61,486 bases of DNA from NCBI GenBank assembly GCA_964432765.1, contig CAYSOT010000003.1, forward strand, positions 1-61,486, given 5' to 3'. Of the stretch, positions 1 to 7,069 are shown piece by piece (the stretch's first letter is position 1; every line of letters starts with the position of its first letter). The position numbers and the translations under genes are program-made. The stretch is from an uncultured Candidatus Saccharibacteria bacterium. Its GTDB lineage: Bacteria > Patescibacteriota > SICC01 > CAYSOT01. The notes under the pieces were generated by a model, which was not told the origin of the DNA, ran no database searches, and saw only the letters and a program-made list of their open reading frames with translations.

Positions 1-380
1 TCTTCATCAATTAATTCGTCTCGAACCCGTTGATCGATCCCCTCGTAATGACCAGCGAGCAGTATGATGTGCTGATGCTTCGCCAATCCTTCGGCTACTG
101 GCTGTGAGAATGTCGTACCATGCGGTGTTAGGAAGATTCGATGTGAGTCGGTCTGCGAAAGATCTGCAAACGCAGCAAAAAGCGGCTCAGGCCTCAGAAC
201 CATCCCAGCACCTCCTCCGTATGGAGTGTCATCAACTTGCTTACGTGGTCCAAGTCCCCAAGTGCGTAAGTCGTGCACGTGAAAATTAGCGTAGTTGTGC
301 TCACTCGCCTTTCGCATCATTGATTGCGCAAGTGGACCTTCAAAGTACGCCGGGAAAAGTGTGATTACATCAATCCGCAT
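1..380 (-). CDS. trmD: tRNA (guanine-N1)-methyltransferase TrmD, 3'-truncated by the window edge
   Basis: Not in the ORF track. Manual translation from ATG at 380: MRIDVITLFPAYFEGPL...KQVDDTPYGGGAGMVLRPEPL...LLAGHYEGIDQRV, containing the hallmark TrmD motifs. Confidence 0.96.
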   Translation of the reverse strand, partial: MRIDVITLFPAYFEGPLAQSMMRKASEHNYANFHVHDLRTWGLGPRKQVDDTPYGGGAGMVLRPEPLFAAFADLSQTDSHRIFLTPHGTTFSQPVAEGLAKHQHIILLAGHYEGIDQRVRDELIDE

Positions 381-410
381 GGGTTCAGTGTAGTGGTGTT
401 ATTCATATAG

Positions 411-500
411 AAAAAGAAACGGGACCGAGGTCAGTGCGTGGGAGAGCATGTTGATGGCGTTTGAGCCAATGCTTCCGAGCTTTGAACCTGGTCCCGTCTC
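411..500 (-). terminator. Intrinsic terminator or 3' closing helix of the non-coding unit
   Basis: Minus strand GAGACGGGACC-AGG (500-487) pairs with CCT-C-GGTCCCGTTTC (430-416), followed by TTTTT. Confidence 0.6.
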
Positions 501-831
501 ATCTTTCGGAGCGCACTGTTTGATCCCTTCACGGAGGTGCGCGATCAACGAAAGATGAAGTGGTTGGGAGCCGATGAGTAACTCGGATCATCGGCTCCCG
601 GTCCCGGGCGGCGGGAGGTTCACGCATGCCGCGAGGTGCGGGCGGCGGCGGCGTGGGCGCCATCAGACGAGGTACCGAGCATTTCTCCTCATCTGTTGTC
701 GGGGACCGAGCCTCGGTCAGCGGCTGGTCCTGGTTTTCCGCGAGGCGGTGCTCAGCGAGCAAATCGCCTCAGTCTCCTCGCCATGGTCGGCTAGCGAGAA
801 GGGCAGCGCCGTCGTCTCTGACGACAGCATA

Positions 832-913
832 TGAGGGTGGCAGGGATTGAACCTACCCGTCGCATTTTGTTCCCCGAACCGCGCGACGTCGTCCACCGAG
901 TGGACACACCCTC
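832..913 (-). ncRNA. tRNA-like cloverleaf lacking a canonical anticodon loop
   Basis: Acceptor GAGGGTG/CACCCTC+A; D-like arm GTCCA-CTCGG-TGGAC; central arm CGTCGC...GCGACG; T arm GTAGG-TTCAATC-CCTGC. Confidence 0.65.
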
Positions 914-1007
914 CGTGACGGCTACCCGAGCTCCGTGCCCCCCTGGCGAGGAGTGGTGGGTAACCATCGGGTTCCGCTTTTCCCGTGAACCGTCATGGGC
1001 GGAACCA

Positions 1008-1096
1008 AGGCACTGATAGGATTCGAACCTACGACCTTCTCCTTAACATGGAGACGCTCTGCCGCGTGGGATGAACCACATCTGAGCTACAGTGCC
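1008..1096 (-). tRNA. Atypical tRNA with GTT (Asn) anticodon and an expanded D-loop
   Basis: GGCACTG/CAGTGCC acceptor; GCTC/GAGC D-stem with a 24-nt loop; TCTCC-ATGTTAA-GGAGA; AGGTC; GTAGG-TTCGAAT-CCTAT; discriminator T; no CCA. Confidence 0.75.
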
Positions 1097-1153
1097 GCGT
1101 ACTGCAGGCTGGTCTCTGTATGCAAAGGCCAAGCTGCAGTACGCTTATTACGA

Positions 1154-1166
1154 TTTTCAAAGAGCG
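1154..1166 (-). promoter_or_regulatory. boxA-like antitermination element
   Basis: CGCTCTTTGAAAA immediately after the predicted TSS; resembles rrn boxA (GCTCTTTAACA). Confidence 0.55.
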
Positions 1167-1174
1167 ACTAATCC

Positions 1175-1203
1175 ACAGTACAGATGTCCCAGAAGGCTGT
1201 CAA
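1175..1203 (-). promoter_or_regulatory. Sigma70-type promoter for the non-coding unit
   Basis: TTGACA (1203-1198), 17 bp, TACTGT (1180-1175). Confidence 0.7.
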
Positions 1204-1248
1204 GACAAGCTTAACCACAGTAAATTTCCAGCCCTCAGGGATCTGTAA

Positions 1249-1767
1249 CTAGAGGTCGTCGAGCGGCGACTTTTCGTCTAGATCGCTTCGGCGCTTGGCG
1301 GACTCTTCTGCTTCTGCTTCTTCTTCGTCAGCCGGGGTTGCTGGATCATCATCTACGTTTTCGCCCGTCGACTCATCAATTTCTTCATCGAGATCGTCAG
1401 GATTATCCCGTAGTGCATCACTTTCATGCTGTGCTTCGCGCAACTCGGTTTCTGCATGGCTTGCTTCTTGACGTGGTGTTTCAAGCTCAACTGCGGCGGT
1501 TCCTGTCGGTTCCTTGGTGCTGCCTTCCGGCTCAATTATCTTCATATTGACTCGTGCGTCGTTCTTGGCACCAACCACCTTGAGAAGGGTTCGAACTGCC
1601 TTCGCTGTCTGACCTGCTTTACCAATGATCTTCCCCATATCGTCAGGGTGAACGGTTACAGAAATTAGCACTCCCATTTCATCAACGGTGCGGTCTACCT
1701 GAACAGAGTCGGGGTTATCTACGATCGCCTTCAGAACATATTCTACAAACTGCTGATCTTGCTCCAT
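1249..1767 (-). CDS. khpA: KH-domain RNA-binding protein (KhpA/YlqC family) with an acidic tail
   Basis: YVLKAIVDNPDSV...VHPDDMGKIIGKAGQTAKAVRTLL (GxxG loop), located after rpsP. Confidence 0.9.
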   Translation of the reverse strand: MEQDQQFVEYVLKAIVDNPDSVQVDRTVDEMGVLISVTVHPDDMGKIIGKAGQTAKAVRTLLKVVGAKNDARVNMKIIEPEGSTKEPTGTAAVELETPRQEASHAETELREAQHESDALRDNPDDLDEEIDESTGENVDDDPATPADEEEAEAEESAKRRSDLDEKSPLDDL

Positions 1768-1779
1768 TGCAACCTCCAG

Positions 1780-2304
1780 TTATTCTTTCTTTTCGGCGGA
1801 TTCATCATCCGAAGAAGCCTCGCCTGATTCAGACGGCGTTTCTTCAGGTGATGCAGCTTCTGCCTCAGGTACCTTCTCTGTAGCGGGCGCTTCTTCAGCT
1901 GTGTCTTTTGTTATTTCGGCTTCAACGACCTGCTCTGCTTCTGCGTTCTCGGCCTCGGTAGCACTTGGGTCACCTGCTGAAGCGGGCGACGATGCGGCGT
2001 TTTCTTCTTCGGGCTGTTCCTTGCGTGGTGATCGCGCGGGACGTCGATTCTTATCAGTGATCTTCTCTCGCTTCATAGCACCGCTCTTTTCAAGCAGCAT
2101 TGCTGCGGTTTCAGATGGCTGAGCGCCCTCGGCCAAGCGAACTTTTGCGCGCTCTACATCAATCACGACCTCCTTTGTACGAGGATTGTAGTGACCAAGC
2201 ACTTCGATAGCACCGCTGTCGGCAGCTGATCTTCGATCAGCAACGACGACTCGATAATAGGGTTGTTTCGTACGTCCGGTACGGGAAAGTCTGATTACCA
2301 GCAC
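1780..2304 (-). CDS. rpsP: 30S ribosomal protein S16 with a long acidic C-terminal extension
   Basis: MLVIRLSRTGRTKQPYYRVVVADRR...IEVLGHYNP; AAGGAG SD before GTG. Confidence 0.97.
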   Translation of the reverse strand: MLVIRLSRTGRTKQPYYRVVVADRRSAADSGAIEVLGHYNPRTKEVVIDVERAKVRLAEGAQPSETAAMLLEKSGAMKREKITDKNRRPARSPRKEQPEEENAASSPASAGDPSATEAENAEAEQVVEAEITKDTAEEAPATEKVPEAEAASPEETPSESGEASSDDESAEKKE

Positions 2305-2325
2305 ATTAGCTCCTTACGAATTCAT

Positions 2326-2354
2326 AGCTTACGGGGTTCATCGTGCCCGGTCAA
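2326..2354 (-). promoter_or_regulatory. Sigma70-type promoter for rpsP-khpA
   Basis: TTGACC, 17 bp, TAAGCT. Confidence 0.55.
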
Positions 2355-4819
2355 GCAGCAACACGTTCTGCCTCAGGAAGTTTTATTGATAAGAGCGTAG
2401 AAATCCCCGTTTCATCCATGGTCACACCGTAGAGACGTTGGGCTGAGCGCATAGTATCGCGATTATGTGTGACGACTATGAATTGAGTTTGTTCTGAAAG
2501 CTGACCGAGAAGATCGGCGAAACGACTCGTGTTGGCCTCGTCGAGCGCTGCGTCTACTTCGTCGAGCATCACAAAGGGACTTGGGTTAACTGTAAGGATT
2601 GCAAATAGCAGAGCAACTGATGTGAGGGCTCTCTCGCCTCCCGATAGCATGGCCAGGCTCTGCACTCGTTTTCCAGGCGGTTGTGCCTTGATATCAATGC
2701 CGTACTCTGCGGCCCGCTCTTCTTCACCATCGTCCTGGATTAGCTCAAGATTGGCTGCTCCACCGCCAAAGAGAACTGTGAAGTACTTAGAAAACTCGGT
2801 AGCAATTTTTTCAAACGATTCCTTGAAGACACTTCGACTTTGTACCTCCAATTTTGCAATAATCTTTTCTAAATCCTCCTTGGCTTTGAGAAGATCGTTT
2901 GATTGACCTGACAAAAAGGTAAAGCGCTGCTCGACGGCGTCATGTTCTGCAGCTACGTCAGGATCTATCCCGCCAAGTTCCATAAGCCGTTTTTCAAGCT
3001 TCGAAATCTTCTCTTCGGAACCCAAAGAGATGTCGGGCAACTCCGTACCTTCGGGTGCAGGGAATTTACTACCAAGTTTCGACTTCGCTTCCGAAACTAA
3101 ATCTTCTAGGCGGGTTTCAAGCTTCGCGATGGCAACGTTGTTGTCGCCAAGCGCCGTTCGGTATGACTCAAGGTTTTGCTGCTTTGCGGCGCGCTTTCCT
3201 TCTGCTTCATTGACAGCCTCGAGATCTCCCATGCTGGCTTGCTGTTCGAGAGCAATTTGAGCTTCAATATCTCGAAGTTTTGGATCTAGAATTTCCTTTG
3301 CTGCAACTGCTTTCTTGAGCTCTGAATTGCAGTCTTTCCAAACTTTCTCGTCGTTCGATATTTTCTTACCAAGTTCCTCAATATGATTACCAAGTGCCTG
3401 CTCTTCCTGACGGCGTCGTTCTGCTGCGGCCTCATGAAGTCTCTGTGCTTCATCGCGACGCGCAAGTATGACTTTCAATTCAGATCGTTCGAGCTGCAGC
3501 TCATCGCGTTCTGTAAGCAGCTGTTGGGCTCGCTCAATGAGTGTATCGTCGGTTTCCCCACGAAGAGGCAGTGTCAATTTCTTGAGTTCAGCAGTAATTT
3601 TCGCAAGTTCAGAATGCGTGGCCTTCTTAGCAATGGCATTTTCTAAGCGCTCTATGACGTCCATGATCGCATCAACGTTTGGCCCCTGCGCAGCACCTGC
3701 TAACTGAGCCTGGAGCTGGCGGTGCTGACTTTCCAGCTCAGAAAGCTTGGTTTCAACTGTAGAGAGCTTCTTTTTTGTGGAGGTATCCTCTGGAAGCGCG
3801 TTCGATTGCGTATCACGAACCTCCGTCAGTCGGTTCTTTGCTTCGGTAATCTGCTCCTGTGATCGCTCTAGAGCAAGTTTTGAAACCTCTATCTTCATCT
3901 TCATTTCCGCAGCGGTTCTATCCATGCTTTCGTGTTCGTCTCGCAAAGCAGTTCGCTGCTCAAGCAAGGCGTGAAGACGCAGACCTTGCTGACGTTCTCG
4001 GAGCGACTTAACTTCCTCGTCAATTACTACAAGCTCTTTCTGGATCGAGTCGAATTCCTTCTTAAGCTCTTCGCGGCGCGCGGCTTCTTCTCGTAATTGC
4101 TGCTGCAGGCCACGGAAGCGATGGCCATAGAGTGAGAGATAGGCATCACCAAGCTCAGCTTCGATGCTCTCGCGTGCTGCAAGCCCCGCTGCTTGTTTGC
4201 GGAGAGTTTTCAGGCGAGGTTCAAGTTCGCGAAGTATGTCGGCAATCCGACCAAGATTAGTCGTTGTTTCGCTAAGCTTCCTTCTCGACTCATCGCGCTT
4301 CAGTTGAAACTGTTTGATCCCAGCTGCCTCTTCAAACAACCCTCGTCTCTGACTGGGTGTCTGTGATAAGACCTGATCAACGAGACCCTGGCCTATAACG
4401 GTATAATTTTCTGCTCCGATGCCTGCTACAGCAAAGGCATGCTGTAAATCTCCCAAGCGAACCTTGGCGCCGTTCACGAGATACTCCGAATCGCCGCTTC
4501 GGTAGAGACGCCGCGTCACAACGACTTCTTCGTAATCATAGGGCAAACGCTTAGATGAATTATCAAACGTCAGCGATACCTCAGCTAGGCTCATGGGGGC
4601 CTTCTTCGAAGTTCCAGAGAAAATCATATCTACGGAGGCCTTGCCGCGAACAGCCTTTTTCGACTGTTCTCCCAGCACCCAGCGAATCGCGTCGGCAATA
4701 TTCGATTTACCAGAACCATTCGGTCCAACCACTCCGGTTATACCTGGCTCAAACGTCAGGGTGGTGTTCTTCGCAAAGGACTTGAATCCGGAAAGCTCAA
4801 GTGAACGTAGAAAGCTCAT
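2351..4819 (-). CDS. smc: Short SMC-family chromosome segregation ATPase (822 aa)
   Basis: Walker A GPNGSGKSN, signature LSGGE, Walker B/D-loop MLDEVDAALD, long coiled coils, follows rnc. Confidence 0.9.
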   Translation of the reverse strand: MSFLRSLELSGFKSFAKNTTLTFEPGITGVVGPNGSGKSNIADAIRWVLGEQSKKAVRGKASVDMIFSGTSKKAPMSLAEVSLTFDNSSKRLPYDYEEVVVTRRLYRSGDSEYLVNGAKVRLGDLQHAFAVAGIGAENYTVIGQGLVDQVLSQTPSQRRGLFEEAAGIKQFQLKRDESRRKLSETTTNLGRIADILRELEPRLKTLRKQAAGLAARESIEAELGDAYLSLYGHRFRGLQQQLREEAARREELKKEFDSIQKELVVIDEEVKSLRERQQGLRLHALLEQRTALRDEHESMDRTAAEMKMKIEVSKLALERSQEQITEAKNRLTEVRDTQSNALPEDTSTKKKLSTVETKLSELESQHRQLQAQLAGAAQGPNVDAIMDVIERLENAIAKKATHSELAKITAELKKLTLPLRGETDDTLIERAQQLLTERDELQLERSELKVILARRDEAQRLHEAAAERRRQEEQALGNHIEELGKKISNDEKVWKDCNSELKKAVAAKEILDPKLRDIEAQIALEQQASMGDLEAVNEAEGKRAAKQQNLESYRTALGDNNVAIAKLETRLEDLVSEAKSKLGSKFPAPEGTELPDISLGSEEKISKLEKRLMELGGIDPDVAAEHDAVEQRFTFLSGQSNDLLKAKEDLEKIIAKLEVQSRSVFKESFEKIATEFSKYFTVLFGGGAANLELIQDDGEEERAAEYGIDIKAQPPGKRVQSLAMLSGGERALTSVALLFAILTVNPSPFVMLDEVDAALDEANTSRFADLLGQLSEQTQFIVVTHNRDTMRSAQRLYGVTMDETGISTLLSIKLPEAERVAA

Positions 4820-5511
4820 TTCGCCTCCAATTTAGAAGCGAGGGCAGCAGCGGCGGCGGCCTGCTCGGCTTGCTGCTTTGAGCCACCGCTACCTTGGCCG
4901 ACTTGGCGATCGCGAATATAAACCCCGACAGTGAACTCCTTAGCATGGTCTGGACCACTTGAGCTTAGGATCTCGTAGCGCGGTGTGATACTGAACTTAT
5001 CTTGCGCCTCTTCTTGAAGCGCGCTTTTTGGATCGCGGTCTTTTTTGCTTTCGATGATTTCTGGCAGAAGAACCACGACATGTCGATGAATAACCTCTTT
5101 GGCCACATCGTATCCTTGATCAAGATATAAAGCCCCAAGCAGCGCCTCAAAGGCGTTAGCTAGGAGAGCTTGGCGAGTCCGGCCACCACTCTTTTCCTCA
5201 CCGTGGGACATTAAGAGAGCCTCTCCCACACCAAGTGGGCCTGCGATCTTCGCGAGCATCTCTCCTCGAACAACCGCGGAACGCCAGCTGGTAAGCTCAC
5301 CTTCCGGATTTGGATATGTGGCATAGAGATGCTCAGTAATCACCAGTTCAAGGACGGCGTCACCTAGGAACTCCAGGCGCTCATTGTGTGGAAGATTGTG
5401 CGAGCGGTGCTCGTTCAAGTAGGAGCGATGTGTCAGTGCCGTCGACAACAAATCACGGTCTTTGAAACTCACCCCGAGGGCATTCTCGAGTTTGGCGATT
5501 CGATCAGGCAT
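4816..5511 (-). CDS. rnc: Ribonuclease III
   Basis: HNERLEFLGDAVLEL signature and C-terminal dsRBD (GPDHAKEF). Confidence 0.98.
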   Translation of the reverse strand: MPDRIAKLENALGVSFKDRDLLSTALTHRSYLNEHRSHNLPHNERLEFLGDAVLELVITEHLYATYPNPEGELTSWRSAVVRGEMLAKIAGPLGVGEALLMSHGEEKSGGRTRQALLANAFEALLGALYLDQGYDVAKEVIHRHVVVLLPEIIESKKDRDPKSALQEEAQDKFSITPRYEILSSSGPDHAKEFTVGVYIRDRQVGQGSGGSKQQAEQAAAAAALASKLEAK

Positions 5512-5977
5512 AGAGCTCCTTAGCTCTGGTGACGGCGAGCTGACTCAATTCTCGTAGGTTCTTATAGCCGATTGCCGTAGTGGTCGTAGATGCGTCAAAC
5601 CAGCGCGCATCCTTAACAAGGTGGTCAACCGGATCAAATTTCTCTGGATCAAGACGAGCACTTCCCACAAGCTCAAGCAAGTAGACATCAACTTGCTTAT
5701 GGACCATCCGACCACGGTAGCGAAAACTGTATTTGTTCTTGCCGAGATGTTCGATTACCTTGCTTGTCACTCCCGCTTCTTCAGATATTTCACGAACGGC
5801 AGCCTGCTCTGCTGATTCACCAGGATCGAGATGGCCTTTTGGTATCGTCCAGCGGTCGTCGAATGAATTCTTGATGAGCAGAAATTCGAGTTCTTTTTTC
5901 TCTGGGTTGACCACAAATCCCCCAGCCGAGTGAACCGACAGCGCGGAGTTTCGTATGCCGAGTTTCTTAAGCATCAT
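5504..5977 (-). CDS. Nudix hydrolase (Ap4A-hydrolase-like)
   Basis: PKGHLDPGESAEQAAVREISEEAGV Nudix box; start moved to ATG 5977, overlapping the nusB stop. Confidence 0.88.
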   Translation of the reverse strand: MMLKKLGIRNSALSVHSAGGFVVNPEKKELEFLLIKNSFDDRWTIPKGHLDPGESAEQAAVREISEEAGVTSKVIEHLGKNKYSFRYRGRMVHKQVDVYLLELVGSARLDPEKFDPVDHLVKDARWFDASTTTTAIGYKNLRELSQLAVTRAKELYA

Positions 5978-6410
5978 CTTCCTTTGCCGCCTCTTCTGAA
6001 TATCGATCGCTACCACGGTAAATGGTCCCGAGCACTCCATTAACGAAGGAACCTGAATTCTCGCCGCCGTAGGTCTTTGCCAACTCAACAGCCTCATTAA
6101 TTGCCACCTTAGGTGGTATGTCGTGAGAATAGAGCACTTCGTATACCCCAACCCGGAGCACGGCACGATCGATCGATGCAATTTGATCGAGTGGCCATTC
6201 TGGTGCATTCTTCGCAATTAGTTCATTGAGTTGATCAAAACGCTTCGCGACACCTTCCGCCGAGTCAACGACGTAGGCAGCATCCTCAACGTCCTTGCCG
6301 GCTAGTCGAACGTTTCGTTTCACAATTTCAGACAGCTCCACTTCAGGATGGAACTCCCACTCATAGAGCGACTGCATCAGGATTGTTCGGAGGAGGTGCC
6401 GGTTTGCCAT
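5967..6410 (-). CDS. nusB: Transcription antitermination factor NusB
   Basis: IDRAVLRVGVYE...PPKVAINEAVELAKTYGGENSGSFVNGVLG. Confidence 0.97.
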   Translation of the reverse strand: MANRHLLRTILMQSLYEWEFHPEVELSEIVKRNVRLAGKDVEDAAYVVDSAEGVAKRFDQLNELIAKNAPEWPLDQIASIDRAVLRVGVYEVLYSHDIPPKVAINEAVELAKTYGGENSGSFVNGVLGTIYRGSDRYSEEAAKEDDA

Positions 6411-6443
6411 ATCTGTTTTACTCGTAAGTACCGGCGCGTCGTG

Positions 6444-6611
6444 CTACTTCGCATCTACTGCGCGCGACCGATACTCCCCCGTATCGGGATCGGCGTGGTG
6501 CGACAAGCGAAAGCCTGTGGCGGTCTTGACCGCGGCAACCGGCTTGAGCGCATCATGTGAGCGACGCATATTGCGTTTAGTGCGTGACGTGCGTTTCTTT
6601 GGTACTGCCAT
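6444..6611 (-). CDS. rpmF: 50S ribosomal protein L32 (55 aa, cysteine-free)
   Basis: Not in the ORF track. Manual translation MAVPKKRTSRTKRNMRRSHDALKPVAAVKTATGFRLSHHADPDTGEYRSRAVDAK*, in yceD-rpmF synteny. Confidence 0.95.
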   Translation of the reverse strand: MAVPKKRTSRTKRNMRRSHDALKPVAAVKTATGFRLSHHADPDTGEYRSRAVDAK

Positions 6612-6616
6612 ATCCC

Positions 6617-7069
6617 TTAGTCTACCGTTTTTTCAGGGTCAGCACTAGCGTGATCATGTGGTTCTTTGTTGAGATCCTTACCGCACACGGCACATAAGCC
6701 GAGACAGTCTGGCTCATGTATCGGGGCAAGCGGGATAGCAAGTAGTAATGCCTCTCGAAGGGGTTCTGCGAGGTCTAGGTTCGCTCCATCCGTCTGAAAG
6801 GCGTCTTCTTGCGTCCTTGAAACAAATACCGCCTCAAATGACGTAGCGATCTGCTCAGGGTATGAAACAAGACACCGGCTGCAGTCGAGCAAGACGGTTC
6901 CGGTGACAGAGCCTTTTACCAGCCAGGAATCTTCCAGCGCAACTATGTCACCTTGCACAGCAAGGTTTTGTACATTCAGATCCCCGAGCGACTCTTTTTC
7001 GGCAACTTCAGCTAGCTCCAGAGTGGCGCCGACTTCTTTGCCACGTAGCGGTGTGATATCAATTTTCAC
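6617..7069 (-). CDS. YceD/DUF177 family protein
   Basis: CSRCL and CEPDCLGLCAVCG-like cysteine motifs (HEPDCLGLCAVCGKDLN); directly upstream of rpmF. Confidence 0.9.
   Translation of the reverse strand: MKIDITPLRGKEVGATLELAEVAEKESLGDLNVQNLAVQGDIVALEDSWLVKGSVTGTVLLDCSRCLVSYPEQIATSFEAVFVSRTQEDAFQTDGANLDLAEPLREALLLAIPLAPIHEPDCLGLCAVCGKDLNKEPHDHASADPEKTVD

Larger units (their letters stand above)
411..1168 (-). ncRNA. Putative long, highly structured non-coding transcript containing tRNA and tRNA-like modules; family unknown
   Basis: Promoter at 1175-1203, boxA-like motif, at least 12 near-contiguous helices, terminator at 411-500 and no credible protein ORF. Confidence 0.6.

Noticed and set aside
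104-289. Plus-strand 61-aa ORF
   Set aside because: Antisense to trmD
449-495. Possible third T-arm (GGTTCAAAG) near 481-490
   Set aside because: The stem has a mismatch and no matching acceptor strand was found; it is better explained as part of the terminal helix
781-810. Vague likeness of ccatggtcggctagcgagaagggcagc to SRP helix 8
   Set aside because: It lacks the CAGG...GGAA...AGCA symmetric loop, and G.U pairs favour the opposite strand
529-1016. Short ORFs at 529-762, 574-834, 626-850 and 831-1016
   Set aside because: Low-complexity products of GC-rich, stop-poor sequence that overlap tRNA and hairpin structures, with no RBS
411-1100. RNase P RNA or tmRNA identity for the cassette
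   Set aside because: No GAGGAAAGUCC or ACAGAANNCGGCU motifs; no G3.U70 acceptor or tag frame. An Infernal search is still needed to exclude them formally
5978-6217. N-terminal extension of the Nudix ORF
   Set aside because: Overlaps nusB in another frame; the start at 5977 is more plausible
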